DNA of 63,861 bases, filler included, from Lama guanicoe (Eukaryota): NCBI GenBank assembly GCA_013239625.1. It is 155 parts of 155 records of this genome, joined end to end, with 100 filler letters (N's around TTAATTAATTAA, not from the genome) between each part and the next. Parts side by side here need not be neighbours in the genome. Positions count along the whole stretch, not along the records: positions 35,449 to 35,761 come from PNXV01055405.1; positions 35,862 to 36,174 come from PNXV01055406.1; positions 36,275 to 36,587 come from PNXV01055407.1; positions 36,688 to 37,000 come from PNXV01055408.1; positions 37,101 to 37,413 come from PNXV01055409.1; positions 37,514 to 37,826 come from PNXV01055410.1; positions 37,927 to 38,239 come from PNXV01055411.1; positions 38,340 to 38,652 come from PNXV01055412.1; 147 more parts are not named here. One strand, written 5' to 3'. A program made the position numbers and the translations under genes. Under the pieces are notes generated by a model. That model did not search any database and was not told where the DNA came from. It was given only the letters and a program-made list of their open reading frames with translations. Shown one piece after another: positions 35,492-47,738 of this stretch (the first letter of the stretch is position 1; every line of letters begins with the position of its first letter).

Positions 35492-38348
35492 GAGAATCTA
35501 AATTGTAAGTGTGGAATGCACGATAAACATGGAAAGTCTCTTTGACAGACATCACTGTAATTATCCTCTCATGCAAGAATCATCAGTGGGTCTTAAAATT
35601 AGCTACTGAATTAGATTAAAAGACACAGGATGACTGCACAGACTTGAAGTTTTATTTTAAAGGTGAAAATGACGAACTTTACAGCTGAAATATCTGTCAA
35701 GCATCACCTTCACCAAGTGATCAAAGTTAACATCACTTGTAATGACACCTGCCAACATCACNNNNNNNNNNNNNNNNNNNNNNNNNNNNNNNNNNNNNNN
35801 NNNNNTTAATTAATTAANNNNNNNNNNNNNNNNNNNNNNNNNNNNNNNNNNNNNNNNNNNNTAATTTCCACTCCTGAAACCTGCTTCTCTCGTAAACTCT
35901 GCTGTAAACCACGGGTAGAACTTGTTTTGTCATTTAAACATACTGTTTTGGAGTTAGTGTGTGTACTTTTCATCACTGCTTCGTGTGAAAATTAAAAGCT
36001 GAAATTACTGGCGCTAACTTTAATTTTTGAACGTTGGTCTTTTCGACTCCGTGATTTCACATATTGGGTACCATGTATGCTGGGACACACCACTGCTAAT
36101 CAGTTAGTCTGTGCCCCACCAGGCGCTCTCAGGTGTCAGGATTTTACCAGAGCCCCACTGAGCAAGATTATGGCNNNNNNNNNNNNNNNNNNNNNNNNNN
36201 NNNNNNNNNNNNNNNNNNTTAATTAATTAANNNNNNNNNNNNNNNNNNNNNNNNNNNNNNNNNNNNNNNNNNNNAAGAAGTTAAAATGAGTTAAATGGAT
36301 TTATGGGAAAATAAAAATGTATGACATTTAAAATGTGTTTATTTGGTACATACACACGTATCTGGTTAGAATGTTGCACACAGTCTAAGAAGTAATGTGA
36401 AATCCTGTAAAATGCACAAAGAGGTTACAGTCAAGTTAAATCCCTCTTAAGGACCCAGTGACTGTGAGGCAGGAAGCTCCATAGAAAGACTGGCAGGACC
36501 CCTAGGCAGGACCGCTGCTCTCCTCCCATCACAGTCCGGTTCCCTGGCCCAGAGGTTTTAATCTCACTTTTTGCCTCTAAAGCAGCTNNNNNNNNNNNNN
36601 NNNNNNNNNNNNNNNNNNNNNNNNNNNNNNNTTAATTAATTAANNNNNNNNNNNNNNNNNNNNNNNNNNNNNNNNNNNNNNNNNNNNGGGGAGTCACAGG
36701 GCTGCCGCCTATTCAACATCCTTGGAAGGGAGTCCTGATGGGGCAGGCAGGGCTAGGGGTGGGGGAGGACTTGCGGTGAGAGGGTCTGGCTGAGCAGCTC
36801 CATTCTTGAGGAGGTGGAGCGGAGCCTGGGAAACTTTCTGAATGGCAAATTCCGGTTCACTTATTTTTTTGCCGGAGTTGCTTTGTTTCTCAGTTTCATG
36901 AATTGCTAACAACACAATCACCCTCTAAAATTGTGTTAGCTGTGCAAACTTGAGCATCTGCAGACAATGAGCGTGTGGTACCAGGGCCTTCCAGAGCCTC
37001 NNNNNNNNNNNNNNNNNNNNNNNNNNNNNNNNNNNNNNNNNNNNTTAATTAATTAANNNNNNNNNNNNNNNNNNNNNNNNNNNNNNNNNNNNNNNNNNNN
37101 CTTTTTTATTTAAACCAAAATATAAATTTATATTTCTGAAAGTAAATGACATCAGACCATAATTTGAAATTACATGCACACACAGACACAAATCACTGGT
37201 AAACATAATTTTTATCTACACAGAATATAATACAGCTGCACATCTCTTCTTTATTCTTTTGACTAACTTTAAAAGGAAGTACATAAAACAATATGTATAT
37301 TATCGAGCCTATGACATATAGACGTAATATATTTGAGAACAAACTAGTAGAAACAAAAGCTGTATTTGTATTAGAGTAAGGAAGTGACACCATATGGTAA
37401 TTCAAATCTACAGNNNNNNNNNNNNNNNNNNNNNNNNNNNNNNNNNNNNNNNNNNNNTTAATTAATTAANNNNNNNNNNNNNNNNNNNNNNNNNNNNNNN
37501 NNNNNNNNNNNNNCTGAGCTGTAACACATTTTTTCCACAACATTTCTGGAGGCCCCAGTGAGATTCCATCCACGCCAGCCCCTTGAGCTGTCAGGATGGT
37601 GGAGCAACCACCTGGAGGTCAGGAGCTCCGAAAGCGAACGAGGAGGTGCGCCACCTGACAATATTCCGGGTCCTTCTTCACGGAGGTGATTCAGTCCTCC
37701 GGGCAGCTGTGCCCCAACCGGACTCAGTGGCAGGATGGACCAACTCACCAAGCAACACGGCCGAACAAGGTAGGAGTCCCGGGAAGCGTCCATAGTTAGG
37801 TTAGGGTAATCAGGTTCTGTCCAAGTNNNNNNNNNNNNNNNNNNNNNNNNNNNNNNNNNNNNNNNNNNNNTTAATTAATTAANNNNNNNNNNNNNNNNNN
37901 NNNNNNNNNNNNNNNNNNNNNNNNNNAGAAAAAGAAGAGAAGGAGGCCGTGTTGGAAGGTGCTTTTGGGGAGAAGGGAACTGGGGAGAACTGGGGCCAGT
38001 GTCCCTTCATATTTCATCATGATATATGATAAATACACAACATATGAATATAAACAGATACAGATGTCGTGTCCAAAGGTGAGGAGACTAGCAAGTAAAG
38101 GATGAGGCATGTTTGCAGAAAAGGGGAGCTGCAGAGGGAGAGACCTCGTGTGAGGGTCAGTATCATCTTGGAACCCACTGTTCACTCACATTTTTTTTTG
38201 CATTTAAGAACTACTTAATGTGGTCACACTATTTTAAGANNNNNNNNNNNNNNNNNNNNNNNNNNNNNNNNNNNNNNNNNNNNTTAATTAATTAANNNNN
38301 NNNNNNNNNNNNNNNNNNNNNNNNNNNNNNNNNNNNNNNCTTTGGAAG

Positions 38349-38420
38349 CAGCAGGAGCTGCGGGACCTTCAGGAGCAGCAGGAGATGCGGGACCTTCAGG
38401 AGTATCAGGAGCTGCAGGAG
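38349..38420 (+). repeat. 27-bp tandem repeat (2.7 copies)
   Basis: cagcaggagctgcgggaccttcaggag / cagcaggagatgcgggaccttcaggag / tatcaggagctgcaggag. Confidence 0.85.
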
Positions 38421-38652
38421 TTTAGGGATATGTTTGGGGTTAGGGTAGGTGTTTGTGTTAGGGTTAGGCGTTGGGGTTAGAGTTATGGGAGAATGAGGAG
38501 AAGGGTTAGGGTTAGAGGGGAGAAGAAACAGGAGTTGGATAAGGTTTGAGTTAGCAGTTGGGTCAAGTTAAGGTTTGATTTAGGGTTAGGGTTTGTGTCT
38601 CGTTCTGGTTTGAGGTTCTGGTTAAAGCTAGGGTTAGGGTTAAGGTTAGGGG
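38421..38652 (+). repeat. Degenerate telomeric (TTAGGG)n, interstitial or subtelomeric
   Basis: Many TTAGGG, TTAAGG, TTTGAG and TTCTGG hexamer variants, e.g. gggttagggttaaggttaggg. Confidence 0.85.
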
Positions 38653-38752
38653 NNNNNNNNNNNNNNNNNNNNNNNNNNNNNNNNNNNNNNNNNNNNTTAA
38701 TTAATTAANNNNNNNNNNNNNNNNNNNNNNNNNNNNNNNNNNNNNNNNNNNN

Positions 38753-39065
38753 GGTGCTAGATGAAAGAAAGTCTCTCCACATGCTAATTTCTGAGAGATA
38801 AATGTGTGTGACAGCCACCCTTCACCTAGATTGCTGGCAACACAAATTTTCTTTTCAGTTGGAAATTACAAAACGAACATATATATGGGGAGGTACCAGC
38901 ACAAATTCGATTTTACACTTCAAATTGTAGGAAATTCAAACAGGCTAATGGAAAAAGCCTGGGAACCCAGAGTAAGTATTTCTACTGCAACCCACTCCAT
39001 TTGTGCTTGAATAAAGAACCTGTCTACACATGTTCATTTCTGAGTGGTAACTTTTTGTGAAAGTC
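38753..39065 (+). repeat. Satellite DNA, ~249-bp monomer, same family as 1-311
   Basis: gtgctag at 38754 and gtgcttg at 39003 (period 249). The offset from gtgctag to tgggg is 132 nt in both contigs. Confidence 0.85.
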
Positions 39066-40426
39066 NNNNNNNNNNNNNNNNNNNNNNNNNNNNNNNNNNN
39101 NNNNNNNNNTTAATTAATTAANNNNNNNNNNNNNNNNNNNNNNNNNNNNNNNNNNNNNNNNNNNNCTCTGATCGCCCAGGCCTGGGATGCACTCGACTTG
39201 TCAACCTCCGCCACAGCTTTGTGGCCTGGGGCTGACATGGGTATCCCCTGGCCCAAGCCTTGGAGGGGCCTCTGAGGTGTTTATCCAAGGCCTCATTGCA
39301 GCGTTTCAGGCAGGCAGTAAGTGGGGACAGAGAGGTTCAGCCTCTGGAAAGCATCTGTGGGGAGGGCCTCAGCAAATGCCTTTGTCCTGCAGGCCGTGGT
39401 GTGACAACAGCAGGGGTTCCCACTTGCTAAGGGAGGGAGCCAAGGCACAGGGAGGCTGAGCAAGGCCCAAGGCCACACNNNNNNNNNNNNNNNNNNNNNN
39501 NNNNNNNNNNNNNNNNNNNNNNTTAATTAATTAANNNNNNNNNNNNNNNNNNNNNNNNNNNNNNNNNNNNNNNNNNNNTCTAAAACTGGAACTCGCTCAA
39601 GCAGAGCCTAAAGTTTGGAGGAAAATTGATAAAAATTACCCAAGCGAGTTGGTGGTATTCAGTGATGGTGAAAAGGATGTATTCCTACTTCTACTCTTAG
39701 ACACATCTGTTCTACTGTGGAGGATACAGTGTCATATAATAGCTGTTGGATTAAATTCAAATTTCACAAGAACTCATCCCCAAAGAGCTCAATTCAGGTG
39801 TATCTTTTATGAAGTCATTCTAATGTTCTATCAGGGAATAGTTTCTAAATGGTGCAGTATAATGTAGGACAAATGGCTCTCAAGTTCCTATNNNNNNNNN
39901 NNNNNNNNNNNNNNNNNNNNNNNNNNNNNNNNNNNTTAATTAATTAANNNNNNNNNNNNNNNNNNNNNNNNNNNNNNNNNNNNNNNNNNNNCCAGTATTG
40001 GGTCTGGCTAACGATGAGCAAGGGAAAAAAATCTGAGGCCATTTTGCCTTAACTTTGTGCCTTACTCTTTTCTCTTCCCCATTATATATTACTGATGTTT
40101 TCAGAAGGATGTGGGCCCACAGGCTCAATCCATAGCATGGCTGGAGCCTCCGCCTTTAGTCCCATTTGGTGCACTTATTCACATAGGGTGATTTGAACAG
40201 CTGAAACATTAGTCTGTCCAAACGCGGATACCTTGTTGGGAATACCTCAGTTTCGATGGACTTAATCCTTCTGGGAAAATTACTCATTGTTTCAGATTTC
40301 CCCTNNNNNNNNNNNNNNNNNNNNNNNNNNNNNNNNNNNNNNNNNNNNTTAATTAATTAANNNNNNNNNNNNNNNNNNNNNNNNNNNNNNNNNNNNNNNN
40401 NNNNTGATGCTGTGGTGGTAGATATT

Positions 40427-40514
40427 TTATAATAATAATATACATCAATTTTATCTCAATAAAGGATAAAATGTTATAATAATAATATACATCAATTTTA
40501 TCTCAATAAAGGAT
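40427..40514 (+). repeat. Perfect 41-bp direct duplication (period 47) of an L1-like 3'-terminal motif
   Basis: ttataataataatatacatcaattttatctcaataaaggat at 40427 and 40474. Confidence 0.85.
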
Positions 40515-40879
40515 GAAGGAAAGAAAAATAAAAGACTGGCTCATTTTCCTGACAGTAGGATGGGCCTGCCCCACATTACATCTGCTGGGATGGAGACTTG
40601 AGAGGTTCTGATTTCCCAAGAGTTGATCTATCGATTTCAAAGATGTTACCTCATATCTAGGATTCTTACTTACTTCATTTTTAAAATCGTTTTCCTACTG
40701 GCATATGTGCCTGCCTTNNNNNNNNNNNNNNNNNNNNNNNNNNNNNNNNNNNNNNNNNNNNTTAATTAATTAANNNNNNNNNNNNNNNNNNNNNNNNNNN
40801 NNNNNNNNNNNNNNNNNGCTCCCACCACAACGAAAGAAAGAAAAAGTGGCAAACAGACATTCAAAGAAATATTTACAGA

Positions 40880-40985
40880 AGTGTGTGCACTGAGCTATAC
40901 TCAGTGGACAGAAAATGACAACAACCCAAATGCCCGCCACTGATGAACAGATAAACAGACGAAGAGCACAGTTCATGTCTGCAAA
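40880..40985 (+). mobile_element. Old L1 3' fragment
   Basis: acaacccaaatgcccgccactgatgaacagataaac (QPKCP...EQIN motif). Confidence 0.55.
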
Positions 40986-41230
40986 TCATGCTTTGCCCAA
41001 AGCATGCAGACACGATCCGCAGCAGCAGGTGAAGAGCTCCTGTCTTGGGGACAAGAGGTGCTGAGGAGGCAGGAATGACCCAGAGGTGTTGATGGAGGTG
41101 GATGATGAGAAGGTGCTGCTGCTGCTGCTGNNNNNNNNNNNNNNNNNNNNNNNNNNNNNNNNNNNNNNNNNNNNTTAATTAATTAANNNNNNNNNNNNNN
41201 NNNNNNNNNNNNNNNNNNNNNNNNNNNNNN

Positions 41231-41543
41231 TCACTATCCCCCTTTATATCTGTAAGTAATAATTTTATGTACTTAGGTGTTCCTCTTTTTCATGCATATG
41301 TATTAACGGGTGGGCTATACTCATTTTGTATCACTCCTTCAATCATTATATAATGTCCTTTTTTATCTCTCTTTCTGGCCTTTGTTTTAAAGACTATTTT
41401 CTCTGAAATCAGTACTGTAACACCTGCTTTTTTGGCTTTCCTACTTGGATGTAATTCCCTGTTCCATCCTTTCACTCTCAATGTATATGTGTCTTTCTAT
41501 CTGAAGTGGTTCTCTTGTATGCAGCATATTGAAGGTTCGTGCT
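41231..41543 (-). mobile_element. L1 ORF2 endonuclease fragment
   Basis: Encodes ICCIQENHFR...KAGVTVLISEKIVFKTKARKRDKKGHYIMIEGVIQ...VNTYA. Confidence 0.92.
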
Positions 41544-42056
41544 NNNNNNNNNNNNNNNNNNNNNNNNNNNNNNNNNNNNNNNNNNNNTTAATTAATTAAN
41601 NNNNNNNNNNNNNNNNNNNNNNNNNNNNNNNNNNNNNNNNNNNCCGCTAATAACAAGTAACAGTGTAATACTGATGAGAGAGGAAGAGGAGAGGAACAGG
41701 CATATGCAAAGGGACTGACTCTAAAGCACACAAAAAAGGAAATCCCTAAAACTTCGAATTCAACAGAAATTGACCAGTAAGCCTCAGTCCACCTTAGGCA
41801 TCTCTACAAGAATTTGAAAACTTTGGTACACTATGGCTAACATAGCAACAATAAATCTTAAGTTTAGTCCACCTCTTAACCCAGAGTAATAGTAACCCTC
41901 ACAAGAAAGTTCTTGCTAAAGGAAAAATGTGCTTATTTTCAAGCAAAAAAAAAAAANNNNNNNNNNNNNNNNNNNNNNNNNNNNNNNNNNNNNNNNNNNN
42001 TTAATTAATTAANNNNNNNNNNNNNNNNNNNNNNNNNNNNNNNNNNNNNNNNNNNN

Positions 42057-42113
42057 TTTTTTTTTCCTTCTGTGGTATTGGTTACTATTTCTCCTCTTTC
42101 ATTTCTTATTTGA
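42057..42113 (-). mobile_element. L1 ORF2 fragment (QIRNERGEIVTNTTE), left arm of an inversion junction
   Basis: Reverse complement: caaataagaaatgaaagaggagaaatagtaaccaataccacagaa. Confidence 0.8.
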
Positions 42114-42369
42114 TACAGACTGGCTGAATGGACACAAAAATAAGACTAATATATTTGTTGCCTGTAAGAGACTCACTTCAGATCTTGAGACACATACACA
42201 TGGAAAGTGAGGGAATGGAAAAGATATTCCACACAAGTGGAAATCAAAAGAAAGCTGGAATAGCAATTCTTGTATCAGACAAAACAGACATTAAATTAAA
42301 GACTGTTACAAGGGATAAAGAAGGACACTAAATAATGGTTAAAGGATCAATCCAGTAAGAAAATACAAC
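42112..42369 (+). mobile_element. L1 ORF2 endonuclease fragment, right arm of an inversion junction
   Basis: Encodes YRLAEW...ETHFRS...WKRY-like / GNQKKAGIAILVSDKTDIKLKTVTRDKEGH*IMVKGSIQ. Confidence 0.92.
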
Positions 42370-42494
42370 NNNNNNNNNNNNNNNNNNNNNNNNNNNNNNN
42401 NNNNNNNNNNNNNTTAATTAATTAANNNNNNNNNNNNNNNNNNNNNNNNNNNNNNNNNNNNNNNNNNNNACATGAGGGACCTTAACACCCCAGG

Positions 42495-42553
42495 AAGCTG
42501 GTATCTGAGAGGATCCCTGGAACCAATCCCTAGCGGGTGCTGAGAGGTGACTG
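42495..42553 (+). mobile_element. MER2/Tigger-like 3' terminus
   Basis: ggatccctggaaccaatccctagcgggtgctgagaggtgactg. Confidence 0.6.
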
Positions 42554-43329
42554 CACATCTTCCAAGGAACTGGCTTTTTCCTGAAAGGCTAAGGAAATGA
42601 CGTGTATTACAGGATTCTAGTTAGATCAAAAGAACGTCACATCTGTAATGATTCTGTGGCAAAGACACTAATTGTTTCCTCATATCCTCTCCCCCATATA
42701 CTTCTGGTAACTATGCTCCAAGTTTTAGCTGGGCATCTGGCCTCTGAGATACAGACAGCTAGACACAGTCATCTGACTGAGGNNNNNNNNNNNNNNNNNN
42801 NNNNNNNNNNNNNNNNNNNNNNNNNNTTAATTAATTAANNNNNNNNNNNNNNNNNNNNNNNNNNNNNNNNNNNNNNNNNNNNAATAATCCATCTACACCT
42901 ACTCTGGAATTCATGCTAACTGGTCTGATTACAGACTCCCTCTGACACAGTTTCCAGTTGCTTTGCACTGGACACAATGCACTTAGATGATGAAATGTGC
43001 CAGCATCCCTTTTAAAGGAGGTTCACCCTACGGTGCATCAATGAATTGATCAACCTGGTAATTAAAACAAATTTACTCCCAACATTGGATACAACACTCC
43101 TGCATTTTACTTTTCATTCTTTGCCCTTCACTATTTCTCAAAGAAGATGTGTGTATTTTTCACCGTTACCTTATTTTTTATACTTTTATTTTTGANNNNN
43201 NNNNNNNNNNNNNNNNNNNNNNNNNNNNNNNNNNNNNNNTTAATTAATTAANNNNNNNNNNNNNNNNNNNNNNNNNNNNNNNNNNNNNNNNNNNNCCCGG
43301 ATGTTCCAGGCACACAAGACGCCATGTGC

Positions 43330-43554
43330 AGAAGGACTGATGCCTCAGGTTTATGCTCCAGGAGAACCACACCAGAGCCATGTCTCCAGCCTTTCAAGCC
43401 AGCCCAGCTGCAGCCCTGGGCAGACTGGGGAGCAGAGACAAGCTGTCCCCATGTGCCCTGTGTGAATCCTGCCCACGAATCATGAACATAATATGGTTAT
43501 TTTATGTCACTACATTTTGGGATGGTTGTTACACAGCAGGGGAAAACCAGAACA
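43330..43554 (+). mobile_element. MLT1 (MaLR) LTR 3' half
   Basis: gagcagagacaagctgtccccatgtgccctg...aatcatgaacataatatggttatttta...ttttgggatggttgttacacagca...aaccagaaCA. Confidence 0.85.
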
Positions 43555-46500
43555 GCTTCTGTGACATTTCCACAGTGCAGCTATCATCATGCCATCCTCC
43601 TCCTGTCANNNNNNNNNNNNNNNNNNNNNNNNNNNNNNNNNNNNNNNNNNNNTTAATTAATTAANNNNNNNNNNNNNNNNNNNNNNNNNNNNNNNNNNNN
43701 NNNNNNNNAGTGTTGATTTGCACCCTTGTGTGTGGCAGGACATGTTCAGACAGCACTGCCCTTGTCCATCGCATGGAGTAGCTCCATTTTAATAGAAAAA
43801 CCTTTCCCTGAGAAGTGTCTCTAAAATTCGGGGTGCTTTGGGGTCACTATCGTAAGCCCTGGATGTTGTATTTGAGAACCTTCCCCAGGAACCTAAATGG
43901 GAGGTTGTCGAGGTTGCTAAGGGTCAAGTGTGTACTCAGATTTAGTGGAGAGGGAATTTCTGAGGGAAAAGTGCATGTAATGCTGTGGCCCGGGGAGATG
44001 TCACGAAGTAGCACAGAGGTTNNNNNNNNNNNNNNNNNNNNNNNNNNNNNNNNNNNNNNNNNNNNTTAATTAATTAANNNNNNNNNNNNNNNNNNNNNNN
44101 NNNNNNNNNNNNNNNNNNNNNATCACCCCTCCACAAGTCTGGCTTCCAGAATCCTGAGAGTGGAAAGTTCCTCCAACTGACATCAGTTCCAGTGTTCTAG
44201 TAGAATTCTTAAGCTTCATTCCCTGATGGATTGCATAAGTCGGAGTGCGGTTCAAAGTGGGATTTGGGCTCTTAATCCAAGTATAACTGAATGCCTCTCC
44301 ATGGGAAGTGAAAGTGTTTAACCAACAACCCCAACAAGGGAATACCTGTGACCCTGAAATAAGCATGGACTCTGTTTCTCCACCGACAGCACACACACGA
44401 AGAAGTATTCTGGAATCCTGAGCATGGGGAGGCTNNNNNNNNNNNNNNNNNNNNNNNNNNNNNNNNNNNNNNNNNNNNTTAATTAATTAANNNNNNNNNN
44501 NNNNNNNNNNNNNNNNNNNNNNNNNNNNNNNNNNATCTGTTATTCTGAGATGTCGAATTTATTACAACATATACGTCACAATTTTTCACAGCAGATGAGG
44601 ATATTATAGATTTATTTATTTATTTATTTACTACATTTTCATTTTAAACGTTCATAGTTCCAAATTTTATTCTTATTTCATTTAAACACACACATGTGCG
44701 CGCATGTGATGTGTGTGTTTCTCTATCATTTCTCTATTTGCCTTAGAATTTCACCTTCATGTCGCCAGAGCATTCAGTCAAAAAATCAAATTGACAGTTT
44801 CTGCTATGACTTCCTAGCTCCTGTTTATGTGAAAAAAGAAAAAAAAANNNNNNNNNNNNNNNNNNNNNNNNNNNNNNNNNNNNNNNNNNNNTTAATTAAT
44901 TAANNNNNNNNNNNNNNNNNNNNNNNNNNNNNNNNNNNNNNNNNNNNACTTATGACACATATAACTGTTCATATATGTTTACATACATAAAATATGTTAT
45001 GATATCTAGTACACTTTTTTTATTACAAAAATAAGAATAGCTTTGTAAATAGTGTAAAAATACTGCCTTGTCCAAGTCAAGGTTGGTTTCTGATTTGTTT
45101 CTGGTGGTCTTTTCATTCTTCAAAAATTTTTCTTTGTTTTTTCTACTAGTTCACTCACCTCTACGGCTGCTGATAAAAGAAATAAAACCTTTGTTAGTTT
45201 TCCAACATAGAATGACTCCATGTGGGGAATTACATTTAGAATTAGAATCATAAGATTCCTNNNNNNNNNNNNNNNNNNNNNNNNNNNNNNNNNNNNNNNN
45301 NNNNTTAATTAATTAANNNNNNNNNNNNNNNNNNNNNNNNNNNNNNNNNNNNNNNNNNNNGCTCCCTGTGGGTCCAGAATCAACAGCTATTCCTCAGAAG
45401 CAGCAGAGGAAGGCTCTGGGCTAGAGGCTGGGAGGGCGAGGACACGGAAAGGGGGTGGAGTGGGGAGGGACGGAGGAAAGGACATCGTTGTGATGGAATT
45501 TTCCCCCAGCACAAGGGAACCTGCACTGGATCTAGAGGCACAAATATAATAGCACGAATAACAGACGGTCTGACCAAAGGTCAGAAGATGCGCGCTCTGG
45601 GAGGGAGGAGATGATTTGAGATTTCACAGAGGTCTCAGGGGGTCTACGCGGCTGTGACAGACACCTGTGCAAGNNNNNNNNNNNNNNNNNNNNNNNNNNN
45701 NNNNNNNNNNNNNNNNNTTAATTAATTAANNNNNNNNNNNNNNNNNNNNNNNNNNNNNNNNNNNNNNNNNNNNTTTATACCTGCTGCTTGTCCCATGAAG
45801 ACATAGTGATTCCCCATAGGAGGTGTGCAGCATGGTTCTGATGCTAACCTCCAGTCCTCTTCACCTGAGGACCTGCCTGGACTCTGCTTGTTGCCTCCAG
45901 CTGCTCTCCTCTTCAGGAGTCTCCTTGTCTCCATCTGTGACATTTGCACTGAGACAGCAGTTTCCTGGCATTAGGCTCTATCCCAGTTGTATGGATTTCT
46001 CAGACTCCTTAGGCTGAAGACGCTGAAATTCATAGATTAAGTACAAAGTTGACATTTTATAGGTCTGTGATCCGTGATTTCTGATGNNNNNNNNNNNNNN
46101 NNNNNNNNNNNNNNNNNNNNNNNNNNNNNNTTAATTAATTAANNNNNNNNNNNNNNNNNNNNNNNNNNNNNNNNNNNNNNNNNNNNGGGGGGGGGAACAA
46201 TTCAGTCTATAACAGTTGGAAGGAACACTTCTGAAATATGGGAGGATTAAGCCTGCTAAAAAGTAAGGAGTATCTCAATATAACATGTGAAAGTGTACAT
46301 TACTAATTAAAGCAGCTTTTATATTGTAATTAAACTGGGAACCATTTCTACTTGATATATATATAAATAACAGGAAGTGCTATATATATTATATACACTC
46401 ATCTAACAATGGGATCCGGTCAGAGTATTTATTCCATGAGTTTATCATCTGTGTCTGTTTCTTCTAGTTGATGGTACTCTTGGCAAAGAACAGCAAAGAN

Positions 46501-47425
46501 NNNNNNNNNNNNNNNNNNNNNNNNNNNNNNNNNNNNNNNNNNNTTAATTAATTAANNNNNNNNNNNNNNNNNNNNNNNNNNNNNNNNNNNNNNNNNNNNT
46601 TAAATGTACAAAGAAATTCTTCAGACAGAATGTGATACTAGAAGAAATTTGGATCTACACAAAAGAATAAAGAGCACTGAAATTGGTAATATGTGATTAA
46701 ATATAAGATACATTTTCCTCATTTAAAAAAAATCTCTTTAAAAGATATTTGTTCAGAGAAAATAAGCACATATTGTGAGATTTATAACATATGTAGAACT
46801 AAAATAAAAGACAATAATGTACTTTTTTCTTTTTTGGAGGGGAAAAGTGGTAGTACCCTGTTGTAAGGTTCTCAAAATATATAGGAAGTGTTATAAAATT
46901 ATTTAAAGGTAGNNNNNNNNNNNNNNNNNNNNNNNNNNNNNNNNNNNNNNNNNNNNTTAATTAATTAANNNNNNNNNNNNNNNNNNNNNNNNNNNNNNNN
47001 NNNNNNNNNNNNGCTCTCACTTTGTGGGTCCTTATGTAACTGCACGGTGTTAATCAGGATCCCCGTTCTACATTGCGTGACAGTGCTTCGGTGTCTCCTA
47101 GTTACTTGTTTCTGTATGTTAGCATGTATTTTCTCCAATGTGTGTTACTACACATCTTAAAATGCTTTTTTCAGATGGAAAATAATATGTATTTAATATA
47201 ATAAGTCTGAAAAATGGGGCAAAAGAGGCTATCCTGGTCCCACTACTCAGAGATAGTAATTAACACTTTAACATCAATTTTCTGTTCTTTTCGTCAGTGT
47301 GTATCACCTCTGTCATAAAAACCAGNNNNNNNNNNNNNNNNNNNNNNNNNNNNNNNNNNNNNNNNNNNNTTAATTAATTAANNNNNNNNNNNNNNNNNNN
47401 NNNNNNNNNNNNNNNNNNNNNNNNN

Positions 47426-47738
47426 TTTTGTGAACGCTGTGAGGGGGTGCTCTAACTTCACTGGCTTACATGCAGCTGTCCTGCTTTCCCAGCACCACTT
47501 GTTGAGCAGACTGCCTTTTCTCTATTGTGTATCCCTGCCCCCTCTGTTGTAGACAAATGACCATAGGTGTATGGGTTTATTTCTGGGCTTTCTACCCTGT
47601 TCCATTGATCCATATACCTGTTTTTTTTGTGCCAATACCACATTGTTTTGATTCCTGTAGCTTTGTAGTATAGCCTAAAGCCTGAAAGGGTTATGTCTCC
47701 AGCTTTGTTCTTTTTCCTCAGGATTGCTTTGGGAAAAA
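47426..47738 (-). mobile_element. L1 ORF2 fragment (post-RT)
   Basis: Encodes [17 protein letters not shown]...[40 protein letters not shown]. Confidence 0.95.

Noticed and set aside
39580..39867. ~96-codon open frame in AT-rich sequence
   Set aside because: No recognisable homology or splice structure; one such frame among 155 fragments is plausible by chance.
44122..44434. Contig-spanning minus-strand open frame and a ~264-bp-spaced gaatcctgag motif
   Set aside because: No recognisable protein, and the similarity covers only ~20 bp, too little for a satellite call.
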